Assembly (NCBI GenBank): GCA_023140195.1
Contig: JAGLME010000004.1
Location: 8,578-72,577, forward strand
Reading direction: 5' to 3'
Source of the DNA: Thermoplasmata archaeon
GTDB taxonomy: Archaea > Thermoplasmatota > Thermoplasmata > RBG-16-68-12 > SOIM01
DNA length: 64,000 nucleotides
Positions within the stretch are counted from its first letter, which is position 1, and each line of letters begins with the position of its first letter. The notes below the pieces were generated by a model that saw only the letters and a program-made list of their open reading frames with translations, made no database searches and was not told the DNA's origin. Shown piece after piece: positions 18,325 to 28,563 of this stretch. The position numbers were made by a program, and so were the translations under genes.

Positions 18325-19740
18325 TCAGAAGTTGTCTATAAAGATGCTGACCTCATCCGAGCCAGCGTTGCCAGCGTTGTCGGTCATTGTCGCCATGATG
18401 AAGTAGGGTCCGTTCGGCAAGGTCTTGGTGTCGAACTCTATCCACCAGCCATCTGAGGGATCTGGGTCGACCCCTATCTCGGTCCATATTGCCCCATCAG
18501 GCGAGATCTCGAAGACCGTTGACACAACATCATCAGCTCCGGTGAGCTCGACGGCTTCTACGATGGACCATCGTCCAATTATCATGCCATCGAGAGGATT
18601 GATGATCTCTGGCTGCGGCGGGAAGACATCCACGACCGTCATGTATGAGCGCATGTGGTCCACGAACTCCAAAGCTCCATCGCAGACCTCATCTCCGTAC
18701 TTGCTCCTCTGGGCGTTGATGTGATTGATGTATGCGTCCAGCTGGTTCAATGCGACCCCGAAGTTCCCTTTGTAATACGACATGACCCCGTTGGCCAGCA
18801 CATGACCTCGGATCTCTTTCTCATACTTCAGATACTTGAATCCTTCAACGATGACCTGCCCGTAACCTAGACCGTAGATCAGGCCGTCCTCCTCGCTGTC
18901 AAAGACCTCCATCATGGTAGTGACTTCCATCACATGGGACACCTCGTCAACCTTGATGGTTCCACTAGTGGCAAAGCCGTACAGCATCAGTTTCTTCCAG
19001 AGTATCAACTTGATCAGGTCCAGCGGGAACCACTTCTTTAGAAGATCCGCGCCCCAACCCTGAGCTGTGATGTTCTTCGCGTCGTCGACGGCCCTCTTGA
19101 GGTGCTTCTGAAGGTTCCCCATTTCCCTCTTTATCTCCGCCCAAATGCTGCTCTTCTTGAACTCTCCTTTCTTCAGGAGCTTCTGCAGGAGCTTGATCGT
19201 CAATCCCGAAGCCTGGATCTCCTTGATGTCGGTCAGATTCGCTTCCTTTGTCCAGTTGTACGGAGTGGTTCCGCCCACGCTGTCGTAGTGTCCTTCAGGA
19301 TCCCGCCATTGACCCACGTGTACAAGTTCGTGGGCCAGGACGGTCTTCATCCTCAAGAGGTCGGAGTCCACATACGAACGATTGATGGCGACGTAAACTG
19401 TTCCTCCTCTCTTGGGTGGAAGATCGGGATAGGTCACACCTGCTGAGGTGGGCGCCGCAGTTCCGGTGTTGTCTGCGGGAAGGACTATCGTCGTACTGTC
19501 GAACGTCAAGGAGGGAGTGGCCCCACTGGTCGCTGTCAGACCGCTCTCACTGCCGTCCCATCCGCTCCAAGTCCCCTCTGGGAAATCATCTCCGAACTCG
19601 TTCCTGAGCTGCAGAAGTGCACTTCTCAATGTCTCAGAAGGTGTCATCGGTGAGCCGGACTCAACAATCGATGAGAACGCAGGCATCAGAAATATCGTTA
19701 GAACTAATACAACTCCAACTGCTAGTCTTCTGTTCTTCAT
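18325..19740 (-). CDS. Secreted putative zinc metalloprotease with C-terminal Ig-like domain
   Basis: Start MKNRRLAV at 19740 after GGAGG; signal peptide; LAHELVH; C-terminal FDTKTLPNGPYFIMATMTDNAGN. Confidence 0.65.
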   Translation of the reverse strand: MKNRRLAVGVVLVLTIFLMPAFSSIVESGSPMTPSETLRSALLQLRNEFGDDFPEGTWSGWDGSESGLTATSGATPSLTFDSTTIVLPADNTGTAAPTSAGVTYPDLPPKRGGTVYVAINRSYVDSDLLRMKTVLAHELVHVGQWRDPEGHYDSVGGTTPYNWTKEANLTDIKEIQASGLTIKLLQKLLKKGEFKKSSIWAEIKREMGNLQKHLKRAVDDAKNITAQGWGADLLKKWFPLDLIKLILWKKLMLYGFATSGTIKVDEVSHVMEVTTMMEVFDSEEDGLIYGLGYGQVIVEGFKYLKYEKEIRGHVLANGVMSYYKGNFGVALNQLDAYINHINAQRSKYGDEVCDGALEFVDHMRSYMTVVDVFPPQPEIINPLDGMIIGRWSIVEAVELTGADDVVSTVFEISPDGAIWTEIGVDPDPSDGWWIEFDTKTLPNGPYFIMATMTDNAGNAGSDEVSIFIDNF

Positions 19741-19863
19741 TGGACCCCCTCCCCTTTTCCTCCAGGGCTGGACTATCCATCGGATTGTGCAACTAAATAA
19801 GTTTCGGCGCTTTGGCGCCATTGACCTTGCTATAGACCGTTCAGCAAAGATAAAACGCAATAA

Positions 19864-20784
19864 GTGCATGCGTTGCCCGTGGACCCCAAATTGAGCCCCA
19901 AAGGCGCTATAGTCGTCGCCGTGGTGTCGATCTCGTTCGCGTCCATCTTCATCAAGTGGAGCCAAGCACCCGCGTTAGCCATCGCTGCGTACCGGTTGCT
20001 CTTCGCCACCCTGATACTCCTGATACCAACGTTGGCGTTCCAAAGGAAGGAATTGCTGGCACTCACAAGAAAGGAATACGTTGTCCTCTCTCTGGTTGGT
20101 ATTGCACTTGCCTTCCATTTCGGGTTCTGGATATCCTCGCTCAAGTACACGACGGTGGCAAATTCGGTCATCCTGGTGAGCACGCATCCCATTCTCATTG
20201 CAGTGGTCTCCCACTACTACCTCAAGGAGCGGATCTCGATGGCCGCTGGTGCAGGTGTTGGAATAGCACTTGCCGGAATGGTCATAATTGGATTCAGCGA
20301 TTTCGCGGTGAGCCAGGAGAGCTTGTACGGAGATCTTCTTGCATTGATAGGGATGTTCGCCTTGGCGGCATATATTCTGAGCGGGAGGCGGATAAGACAG
20401 AAAACGCCTGTACTTCCATATGTGACGGTTGTCTACGGGGTTGCGACGATAGTGCTCTTCATGGGTTGCTTCATCTTCACCGTCCCGTTGCTTCCTTATC
20501 CCGTTGAGGAGTGGGTCCTCTTCCTGGCACTGGCGATAGTCCCGATGATCCTCGGCCACACGGTATACAACTGGACACTGCGATATGTGACAGCATTGAT
20601 GGTCTCCATGAGCATCCTGGGCGAGCCGATACTCTCTGCGGTACTGGCATACATCCTGTTGAGTGAAGTCCCTACGAATTGGGTCATACTCGGAGGCATC
20701 CTGATCTTGGTGGGGATCTATCTGGTCGCTTCTCGCTCAAGAGAAAAGAACCCGGAGAAACAACCCGGTTCTGCTCCTACCTAG
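19864..20784 (+). CDS. DMT/EamA family transporter
   Basis: About 10 TMs; SFASIFIK, SLKYTTVANS, LGEPI motifs. Confidence 0.92.
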   Translation: MHALPVDPKLSPKGAIVVAVVSISFASIFIKWSQAPALAIAAYRLLFATLILLIPTLAFQRKELLALTRKEYVVLSLVGIALAFHFGFWISSLKYTTVANSVILVSTHPILIAVVSHYYLKERISMAAGAGVGIALAGMVIIGFSDFAVSQESLYGDLLALIGMFALAAYILSGRRIRQKTPVLPYVTVVYGVATIVLFMGCFIFTVPLLPYPVEEWVLFLALAIVPMILGHTVYNWTLRYVTALMVSMSILGEPILSAVLAYILLSEVPTNWVILGGILILVGIYLVASRSREKNPEKQPGSAPT

Positions 20785-21731
20785 AGCTTGCTGAAATCTA
20801 TCGAGAAATCGAGATTGAGGTTGTCCGAGGCCGCTGTGATCTTCTTCCACTCTTCCTCGCTCAACGTCCACTTTGAGGCATTGATGTTGCTTTGGGCTTG
20901 CTCGATGTTCTTCGAACCGAATATCGGGAAGACATCATCGGACTTCAGCAGCCAGTTGAGTGCCACTTCAGCAGGTGTGGCTTCGTGAGATGCTCCGACC
21001 TCTCTCATGACACTGATGAGCTTCTGAGCCTCTCCGAGGTTCTCCTTGTTCATGAACAATGGATCATTTCGACGGTAGTCCTTCTCGTCAAGCTCAGTTT
21101 TCTCATCATACTTGCCAGACAGCATCCCCATGGCCAGTGGTGAATAGGCAATGGTGGCGATCCCGTTCTCCCTCTGGAAGGGTAGGATCTCAGTTTCGAC
21201 ATCTCGCATTAGCAGGCTGTATTCCATCTGATTGGAAATTATCTCCCCGTTCTTCAGGAGGGACATGGCCTCTTTCATCAGTGAGACCGAGTAGTTGGAG
21301 ACTCCCACATACCTCACTTTTCCTTCCTTCAACAACTGGTCAAGCGCCCTCATCGTTCCAGAAGCTGGAACATATGCGTTATGATGGTGTACCTGGTAGA
21401 GATCGATGACATCTGTTTGCAGGCGCTTCAGGCTGCCCTCGGCGGCCTTGATCACGTCATCATACCTGAGATTGAACGGATGGACCTTTGTGGCTATGAT
21501 CAGATCGTCCCTATCGCCCCTCTCTTTGAGCCCTTCGCCGATGACCGTCTCGGACATGTACTTGCCGTAGACCTCTGCTGTATCGATGAAGTTGACACCA
21601 TTATCCAATGCGTGGTTCAGAATGTCCATCATCACTTCCTTTTCCTTTATCCACATCGGCCCGAACTGCATTGCTCCGAGTCCTATCCTGGAGACTTTCA
21701 GATCACTATTGCCCAGTTTCAGATATTCCAT
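20781..21731 (-). CDS. Aldo/keto reductase
   Basis: LGNSDLKVSRIGLG, FIDTAEVYG, IATK, IDLYQVH, VGVSN, AYSPLA. Confidence 0.95.
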   Translation of the reverse strand: MEYLKLGNSDLKVSRIGLGAMQFGPMWIKEKEVMMDILNHALDNGVNFIDTAEVYGKYMSETVIGEGLKERGDRDDLIIATKVHPFNLRYDDVIKAAEGSLKRLQTDVIDLYQVHHHNAYVPASGTMRALDQLLKEGKVRYVGVSNYSVSLMKEAMSLLKNGEIISNQMEYSLLMRDVETEILPFQRENGIATIAYSPLAMGMLSGKYDEKTELDEKDYRRNDPLFMNKENLGEAQKLISVMREVGASHEATPAEVALNWLLKSDDVFPIFGSKNIEQAQSNINASKWTLSEEEWKKITAASDNLNLDFSIDFSKL

Positions 21732-21900
21732 ACGTCCAACCTCCCCTGGTTACAGAGTACCAAAGGATTGCGAAAATAAAAACTTGATGCAACTGTTCGT
21801 CGCTCACTTCTGTCTCGAATTCAAGAGTCATAAAAACCTAAATACTAATCTTTCATTGGGATATACCAGTCGACTTCATAAGGGAATCAGAGGAGATAGA

Positions 21901-24900
21901 ATGATGAAAGAAAGGAGACTGATGACGTTTGTGTCTTTGTTCGTTGCGGGTTTGATCCTTGTCAGTGTGGTGATTGAAGGGTCGAATGGTGGTGTTGGAA
22001 GCTTCGATCGTGAGTACTTCTGTGGAAACGGAGCCTGCCACACTGACCCGAGTGTAGCAACCGTGTCGATGAGTGCAAGCACACTGAATCCAAATCCTGG
22101 AGAGACCATCACGGTTACCGTAACCGTCGCAGGTGCTGAAGCGGCAAATACAGAACTAGGTGTCTTCTTGGTCAGGAGTGCGACATTGACAAACAGTATG
22201 CCATCGGTGGATGGGTGGGTCATAATATCTGACCCAAGTGGCACTACCGCTTTCAACTACTATGAGCAGGTGGTTGTCACAGGAGACGTTGTTTGGACAT
22301 GGACCCTTCAGGCACCATTGGCTGGTGGAACTTACAATCTGTATGCCCGTGAGCATCATGCTAGTCCAGGTGGTGGGAACGATAGATTCTTCTCAGAAGA
22401 TCTGGTGGGACTCACATTCACAATAATCGCTGCTGACAACCCGCCTTCATTCTACATAACAGCACCGGGCTCAGCCCCAGGAGAACAGTATGTTCAGGGA
22501 ACCATGCTCGCAATTGACTGGACTGCTTCGGACGAAAATCCGTGGCCGGCCGGAGGACTTGTTGTCAACCTCACCTACGGAGGAGTGCCGACAGGAGGCA
22601 TACCATTGGCGAACGACCTGGATGTTACTCTGGGCACGTACGCATGGGACACTTCGGTCATAGCTCCTGGCATCTACTACATCAACGGGTCGGTTTGGGA
22701 CTCCAGCGGACAATTGGGATTCAACAACTGCAACAACAGCTTCGAGATCATCCTACCCGACAATGCTCCGTCATTCTTCGTGACAGGACCTGGGTCAACA
22801 CCTGGAGAGCAGTACGTGCAAGGTACGATGCTGCCAATAACATGGGCAGCGGCTGATGACAATCCCTGGCCAGCGGCAGGATTAGTAGTCAACCTCACAT
22901 ATGGCGGAATGCCAACGGGCGGGATACCGATCGCGAACGACCTAGATGTGGCTTCGGGCACGTATGATTGGGATACTTCCGTCATCCCCCCTGGCATCTA
23001 CTACATCAACGGTTCGGTTTGGGATTCCAGCAGTCAGAACGCATTCAACAACTGCAACAACAGCTTCGAGATAACGGCCCCAATAGACAATCCTCCGACG
23101 TTCTTCATCACAGGACCTGGATCGACACCGGGCGAAATCTACTCGCAGGGTACTGTCGTGCCCATTTCATGGGCCGCTTCAGATGATAATCCATGGCCTG
23201 CAACCGGCCTGATCGTGAATCTTACTTACGGACCGACCCCTGCAGGCGGAACACCGATAGCCAACAACCAGGATGTGGCAACCATATTCGCCTGGGACAC
23301 TTCAGGAGTTGCTCCAGGAATATACTTCATCAACGGGTCGGTCTATGATTCACCTGGTCAAACGGTGAATGCCAGCTCAAACAATAGCTTCGAGATAGTC
23401 ATTATTGATGTGTCCCCGACACTCTACGTCACCAATCCGGGTTCTACGCCGGGAGAGATCTATGGGCAGGGTTCGTTGATAATGATATCATGGGCGGCTT
23501 GGGACGAATCGCCATGGCCGTTCGCGGGGAGCATCGTCAATCTCAGCTATGGGGGCACTCCCGCCGGTGGAACGCCGATAGCCAATGATCAGGACGTGAC
23601 TGTCGGTTTCTCGTGGGACACCACCCCTGTGCCACTTGGGTTCTACTACATCAACGCATCAGTGTACGATTCGTCTGGGAACGTGACGTTCGCCAGCTGC
23701 AACAACAGCTTTGAGATAACGGCACCGGACGTTAGTCCACCCATAATCCTGAATGCACTGGCAATGCCCAGCCCTCAAGAACTGGGACTGCCGACTAACA
23801 TATCGGCCAGCATCACTGATGACACAACGATGGACGCGGCAACCGTCTACGTTAACGTGACCTACCCGTCTCTGGCAACTGCGAACATATCCATGTCCAG
23901 AAGTGTGGACCTTTTCTGGGTCGACCAACCATTCATGGAGATCGGGCTGTACAGTTTCATCATCTGGGCCGCGGACACCAGCGCCAATTGGGCAAGCGAC
24001 GTGGGAGCCTTCGAGGTCGTTGATACAACACCTCCTGCGATCATAGGAACGACCGCTCTGCCTTCTCCACAGATTTCCGGCGGACTGGTCAACATCTCGG
24101 CGCAGATAACCGATCTGGATTCCGTTGCGACAGCGGACGTGCAGGTCTTCGATCCGCTTGGTGTACCTCTTTTCAACGCCTCAATGCTCATTGACCCGGG
24201 AACTGGGAGGTATTACTGGGAGACGACCTACATACCATTCGGCATTTACACCTTCGACATCTGGGCATCCGATCCTTCTGGAAACTGGGGAACGGACACC
24301 GGGAACTTCGAGATCGTCGGGGACATCATACCGCCGGTGATCAACAACGTCAACGCCATCCCGCCGGTTCAGGTGAGCGGGGGCAACGTGAACGTGTCGG
24401 CGAACGTGACAGATGAAACCGCCCTGTTCGGAGTCTGGATAGAGCTCTTCGATCCCAGTATGGTTTCATTCATTAACACGACCATGAGCTATGATGCACT
24501 GAATGCACTCTATTTCTATGATTCTTCATACATAACAATCGGTCAATGGACCTTCGTGATTTCAGCAAATGACACAAGCGACAACTGGGCATCGGCCCAA
24601 GGAAACTTCGATATAACGGACGGAACACCCCCAAGCATATTCAACGCACTGGCACAGCCATCGCCTCAAGAAATGGGCGGAATGGTCAACATCTCGGCCA
24701 TAGTCACCGACAATGTTGCGGTAAATGAGGTGTGGGTGGAGGTGTGGGACCCGAACATGGTCTCTCTTGGCAACTTCACCATGCTCTTCGACGCGATATC
24801 AGGAAGATACTACAACGAGAACTCGTACGTGGATCTGGGAACCCACACGTTCACCATAACGGCCTGGGACAGCGAGGGGAACGTTGCGATCGACACAGGG

Positions 24901-26124
24901 AGCTTCGTCATCGAGGATGCAACCCCACCGTTGATAGCCCATATCCCAGTCACGAGCGCCAACTTGGGCGTGGCAATACCAATCACCGCGGACGTGACAG
25001 ATGCTGGAACGATTGCTTCCGTTACACTGTACTACATGAACGTTGGAGACGTGGTGTACACGAATATTCCGATGGTCCTGGGAGTGGGAAGCGAATACTC
25101 AGCGAACATACCACCACAGGCCCTGACGGGAGATGTGAAGTACTACATCGATGCAACCGACGCTTCAACGAACACGGCTAGGGAGCCAGTGGCCGGCGAT
25201 TACACGATCGTCATCATTGACAGCACCCCACCCACAATCACAAACCCCATCGCTGACCCAACAACGGTCGAATCTGGAGAGGACACTACCATCTCGGCGG
25301 ACATCCAAGATGACTCTGGCATCACAGAAGTGGATGTCTTCGTGGACGGACCCGGAGATTCCGGGGGAGCATACGTGGCTGTCCTCAATACTGTGAGTGG
25401 ATTGTATGAGGTCACTGTAACTCAGACCGAACCTGGGTCATACACATACACGATCTGGGCCATGGATGGGGCCGGAAACTGGGGATCGTCCAGCGGTTCG
25501 TTCAACGTAACCTCGATTGCGGGAAAGACACCCAATCCTCCGAACGACGTACAGACGCTGAGCGTCAACGGCAACTCCATACTGGTTTCATGGGTCGGAC
25601 CGGATGAGTACAACGATTCCAGCTCGCTGGACCCGGATGATATCAAGGGTTACTTCGTGTACAGGTCTGAAACGCCAACAGGCACATACCAGATCTTGTC
25701 CAGCCAAGCAGTGAGAGGAGGACTATACCTTGACGGGGATGTCCAAGTGGGTGACACCTACTACTACAAGGTCGCCGCGGTAATGATGGACGATTCGGCG
25801 TCAGAACTGTCCGCCTTTGCTCTCGGAGAGCTGGAGGAAGTAGAGGACCAGGTATCGGTTGACATGCTGCCTTGGGTAATTGCCATTGTCTTCCTGGTGC
25901 TGTGGATAATCACACTGATCGCCTTCATGCTCGGTAAGAAGGGCGAGAAAGGTCTAGGCGAGCCAACAGTTACAGAGACGGCGCCACCGACGACTGAGCA
26001 ACCGGTGATGGAACAGCCAGTAGAAGAAGAACCCCGTACGGAGGCCCCAGAAGAACAAGCTCCTGAGGAACAGTACGCCGAGGTCGAACACGAAGAAGAG
26101 CTGCTGGACGAAATCGACGGATAG
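21901..26124 (+). CDS. Large multidomain cell-surface protein: CxxxxCH-containing N-domain, tandem Ig-like repeats, FN3, TM anchor, acidic tail
   Basis: ATG at 21901 after GAGGAG; signal peptide; CGNGACH; repeats; FN3-like GYFVYRS..YYYKVAAV; C-terminal TM. Confidence 0.82.
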   Translation: MMKERRLMTFVSLFVAGLILVSVVIEGSNGGVGSFDREYFCGNGACHTDPSVATVSMSASTLNPNPGETITVTVTVAGAEAANTELGVFLVRSATLTNSMPSVDGWVIISDPSGTTAFNYYEQVVVTGDVVWTWTLQAPLAGGTYNLYAREHHASPGGGNDRFFSEDLVGLTFTIIAADNPPSFYITAPGSAPGEQYVQGTMLAIDWTASDENPWPAGGLVVNLTYGGVPTGGIPLANDLDVTLGTYAWDTSVIAPGIYYINGSVWDSSGQLGFNNCNNSFEIILPDNAPSFFVTGPGSTPGEQYVQGTMLPITWAAADDNPWPAAGLVVNLTYGGMPTGGIPIANDLDVASGTYDWDTSVIPPGIYYINGSVWDSSSQNAFNNCNNSFEITAPIDNPPTFFITGPGSTPGEIYSQGTVVPISWAASDDNPWPATGLIVNLTYGPTPAGGTPIANNQDVATIFAWDTSGVAPGIYFINGSVYDSPGQTVNASSNNSFEIVIIDVSPTLYVTNPGSTPGEIYGQGSLIMISWAAWDESPWPFAGSIVNLSYGGTPAGGTPIANDQDVTVGFSWDTTPVPLGFYYINASVYDSSGNVTFASCNNSFEITAPDVSPPIILNALAMPSPQELGLPTNISASITDDTTMDAATVYVNVTYPSLATANISMSRSVDLFWVDQPFMEIGLYSFIIWAADTSANWASDVGAFEVVDTTPPAIIGTTALPSPQISGGLVNISAQITDLDSVATADVQVFDPLGVPLFNASMLIDPGTGRYYWETTYIPFGIYTFDIWASDPSGNWGTDTGNFEIVGDIIPPVINNVNAIPPVQVSGGNVNVSANVTDETALFGVWIELFDPSMVSFINTTMSYDALNALYFYDSSYITIGQWTFVISANDTSDNWASAQGNFDITDGTPPSIFNALAQPSPQEMGGMVNISAIVTDNVAVNEVWVEVWDPNMVSLGNFTMLFDAISGRYYNENSYVDLGTHTFTITAWDSEGNVAIDTGSFVIEDATPPLIAHIPVTSANLGVAIPITADVTDAGTIASVTLYYMNVGDVVYTNIPMVLGVGSEYSANIPPQALTGDVKYYIDATDASTNTAREPVAGDYTIVIIDSTPPTITNPIADPTTVESGEDTTISADIQDDSGITEVDVFVDGPGDSGGAYVAVLNTVSGLYEVTVTQTEPGSYTYTIWAMDGAGNWGSSSGSFNVTSIAGKTPNPPNDVQTLSVNGNSILVSWVGPDEYNDSSSLDPDDIKGYFVYRSETPTGTYQILSSQAVRGGLYLDGDVQVGDTYYYKVAAVMMDDSASELSAFALGELEEVEDQVSVDMLPWVIAIVFLVLWIITLIAFMLGKKGEKGLGEPTVTETAPPTTEQPVMEQPVEEEPRTEAPEEQAPEEQYAEVEHEEELLDEIDG
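22435..23727 (+). repeat. Four intragenic tandem ~107-109 aa repeats
   Basis: Units start at 22435, 22759, 23086 and 23407, each D.PP.F..T.PGS.PGE.Y.QG...WDT...NNSFEI. Confidence 0.85.
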
Positions 26125-26152
26125 GTCAACAGAGGGAAGGAGTGGACAGGAT

Positions 26153-27229
26153 CTAACCTTCTTCCTTCACTTTCTCCTTTGGAACTGAAGGAACAGATGA
26201 GAACACTTCAGTGGGCACGGCCACGGAACGGCTCTCGAAGGGCCTGTGCTTATAGGGAACAACCTCAACATGAGGATAGGCGATCTGGACATCGTCGTCC
26301 TTAGCGATCTTTCCCAGTACGCGTGTTATGATCTTGGACCTGACCTCTCTTCGTCTGTGGGCGGGGCAGAAGTAGACCGCGTAGAACTTAACGCAGAAAT
26401 CGCCTAGTGTAAGAACCACCCTTGGCTCCTCGACGACCATTCCCTGGATATCGCTGAACTCGTACTTCGCGCGAACGGTCTCGGAGTGTTTTCGCATGAA
26501 CTTACCGATGACCTCTTCGGTAGCTTTCAGGATATGTCCCCGAGCGGCATCCATATCGCTCTCGTACGTGATGCTGACCGTGACCTCGTCCCAAATGAAC
26601 TTGGTGTCCTTGGTGTAGTTGTAGACATTGGCCTCGGTTATCATGCTGTTGGGGATAGAGACAAGCCGTCCAGTGAAGCTGTCTCCGCTCATCCAGCCAC
26701 CGAACTCACGTACTGTTGTGTTCATCACCGATATGCTGGTGACGTAGCCTTTGACATCGTTGATCTTGATCCTGTCACCGAGATGGTATATGCTCCTGTA
26801 CATCAGAACTGCCCAACCCACGATGTTCAATAACGGCTTCTGAAGCACGTATATCATCGCGGCGCTCACCAATCCGAGACTTATGAAGTCGATTCCCTGA
26901 GGGCCGCCAGCAACGACCCATATCACAACTCCTAGGGTAACGAACCAGACGACATAGCTGGTCATCTGGAAGATGGAGGTGGCATCGGCTTCTGACTTCG
27001 TCCTTGAAGAGAAAGCACGTACGAACAGCCCTTCAATCAGGTCAAGCCATATCTTGGTGGCTGCGATGATGAGGAGCGCGACCAGGAAATGATCATATTC
27101 CGCTAGATTCAGTTCAAAAGGTAGGTAATTGGGTATGATCGAATTGCTCATTAGGAGCAGTGTCAGGACGACTCCCAGCAGGATCATGAGGAGCACAGTT
27201 GGCCACTTTCTCTTCTTTTGGGCTGGCAT
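26153..27229 (-). CDS. MscS family mechanosensitive channel
   Basis: LGDRIKINDVKGYV, TGRLVSIPNS, NYT, IWDEV..TYESD, IAYPH. Confidence 0.9.
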   Translation of the reverse strand: MPAQKKRKWPTVLLMILLGVVLTLLLMSNSIIPNYLPFELNLAEYDHFLVALLIIAATKIWLDLIEGLFVRAFSSRTKSEADATSIFQMTSYVVWFVTLGVVIWVVAGGPQGIDFISLGLVSAAMIYVLQKPLLNIVGWAVLMYRSIYHLGDRIKINDVKGYVTSISVMNTTVREFGGWMSGDSFTGRLVSIPNSMITEANVYNYTKDTKFIWDEVTVSITYESDMDAARGHILKATEEVIGKFMRKHSETVRAKYEFSDIQGMVVEEPRVVLTLGDFCVKFYAVYFCPAHRRREVRSKIITRVLGKIAKDDDVQIAYPHVEVVPYKHRPFESRSVAVPTEVFSSVPSVPKEKVKEEG

Positions 27230-27443
27230 TCCGTAGATTTAGTCGGCTGAGACTACTTAGACGTTGGTTCAGAATTATCACTTAAGAGAATTTGATTGGA
27301 CTGCCAAAGCGTTAGGCCCAGCTCTCGAACTCCACGATGAGCGTGGAGAAGACCAATATTCTATGATTCGTGTAGCCAGCCTCGATCCAGAGGTAAGTAT
27401 TAAGGAATGTGAGACCAATATTCACACAGGGGAGGCAGGATGT

Positions 27444-27761
27444 GTGACTGAAATGAAGTTCTCGGCGATCAAGAGAATGGAGAAGAGAATCCTGGTTTTG
27501 ACCGTGATACTCTTCGCAGCAGGGATTGCCCTGATGATCGGGTCATTTCTGAGTGTCGTTTTTTCAACTACAAGTGCCTTGGACACACCCGTAGAGGACG
27601 CAGTTGGGTACTCCGAGCTCTTACAGGGCACCGTATTCGGTTTCCAGGGACTCATGGTGTTGGGTGTCTCACTCATGGCCGCCGCGGTCGTACTCGCCAT
27701 TTGGTGGGAAAACGTCCAGCTCAAACGTATCAGATCGTTCTACGAGAGTTGGTTGTACTAG
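27444..27761 (+). CDS. Small two-TM membrane protein (paralog A)
   Basis: GTG start after GGAGG; EKRILVL...AIWWENVQ; similar to the ORF at 28038. Confidence 0.65.
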   Translation: MTEMKFSAIKRMEKRILVLTVILFAAGIALMIGSFLSVVFSTTSALDTPVEDAVGYSELLQGTVFGFQGLMVLGVSLMAAAVVLAIWWENVQLKRIRSFYESWLY

Positions 27762-27769
27762 AAGAAATA

Positions 27770-27842
27770 TGGGCCCAGCCGGAATCGAACCGGCGACCTT
27801 CACTGTGTGAGAGTGACGTCATAACCGCTAGACCATGGGCCC
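27770..27842 (-). tRNA. tRNA-Val(CAC)
   Basis: GGGCCCATGGTCTAGCGGTTATGACGTCACTCTCACACAGTGAAGGTCGCCGGTTCGATTCCGGCTGGGCCCA: full cloverleaf, anticodon arm TCACT-CTCACAC-AGTGA, TTCGATT loop, no encoded CCA. Confidence 0.96.
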
Positions 27843-28037
27843 ATGAGAGTATTTGCAAATCAGGATTGGCATATATAAAGACTGGCGGGAATAAGCCAGT
27901 GGCTCATTTGTACATCTCCCAGAAGGAACGAGAAGCGAGCTTCTTAGACGAGGGGTACCACTCTTGACAGATGTTCTCTAGGTGGTCTCGGGAAAAGACT
28001 TAAGAAGTTCCAGGACAGTGTTTTGACCGAAATGTAG

Positions 28038-28343
28038 GTGGGGTGTTTGACAGAATATGTGACGGAGTCTGAAGTCCTTCAGAGAAAGGAGAAGAGGCTA
28101 GTAGCATTCATCTTGGTCTTCTTCTCATTCGGGATTACCATTTTGTTCATTTCTTTTGTCTATTTTATCGTTTCAATGAGTTCGGTTCACGGAGATGCGA
28201 CTGAGACGACAGAGTTCATAAGGGGCTATGAGCCCACTTGGAACGTTCTCAAAGTTATTGGCTCCTCACTTACCACGACAGCCTTCATTCTAGTGGTGTG
28301 GTGGATTAATGTGAGGGGGCAACGGCGTTCTATCATGACTTGA
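28038..28343 (+). CDS. Small two-TM membrane protein (paralog B)
   Basis: EKRLVAF...VVWWINVR; same topology and motifs as the 27444 ORF. Confidence 0.6.
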   Translation: MGCLTEYVTESEVLQRKEKRLVAFILVFFSFGITILFISFVYFIVSMSSVHGDATETTEFIRGYEPTWNVLKVIGSSLTTTAFILVVWWINVRGQRRSIMT

Positions 28344-28435
28344 AGTGTTACTAGATGAAGAATCTCGCTGCAAGAAGGAGAGAACTTGAAGCCTGTCATG
28401 ACCGAAATGTCTTGACGGGGGCGGGTCAGAATAGG

Positions 28436-28486
28436 CGCTAGACCATGAGCTCACGAGATCATTTGAAAATCAAGATTGGCATACAT
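28436..28486 (-). pseudogene. Degenerate copy of the tRNA-Val 5' end and its promoter
   Basis: 43/51 nt identical by hand alignment to 27826-27876; the rest of the tRNA is missing. Confidence 0.7.
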
Positions 28487-28563
28487 CCAAGTGATGAAAT
28501 CGGCAAACTTGAAAGGTAAATGGTTGTATATCCAACGTCAAATACACTAACCTGGGGTGGCAA

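Noticed and set aside
19741-19965. N-terminal 75-aa extension of the HExxH ORF
   Set aside because: It overlaps the divergent DMT gene. The RBS and signal peptide support a start at 19740.
21586-21900. N-terminal extension of the 1512-aa ORF
   Set aside because: It overlaps the aldo/keto reductase gene. The RBS and signal peptide support a start at 21901.
27350-27426. 12-bp direct repeat AGACCAATATTC and TGTGA-N9-TCACA
   Set aside because: Only two copies, with spacing unlike a CRP site. Cannot be distinguished from chance.
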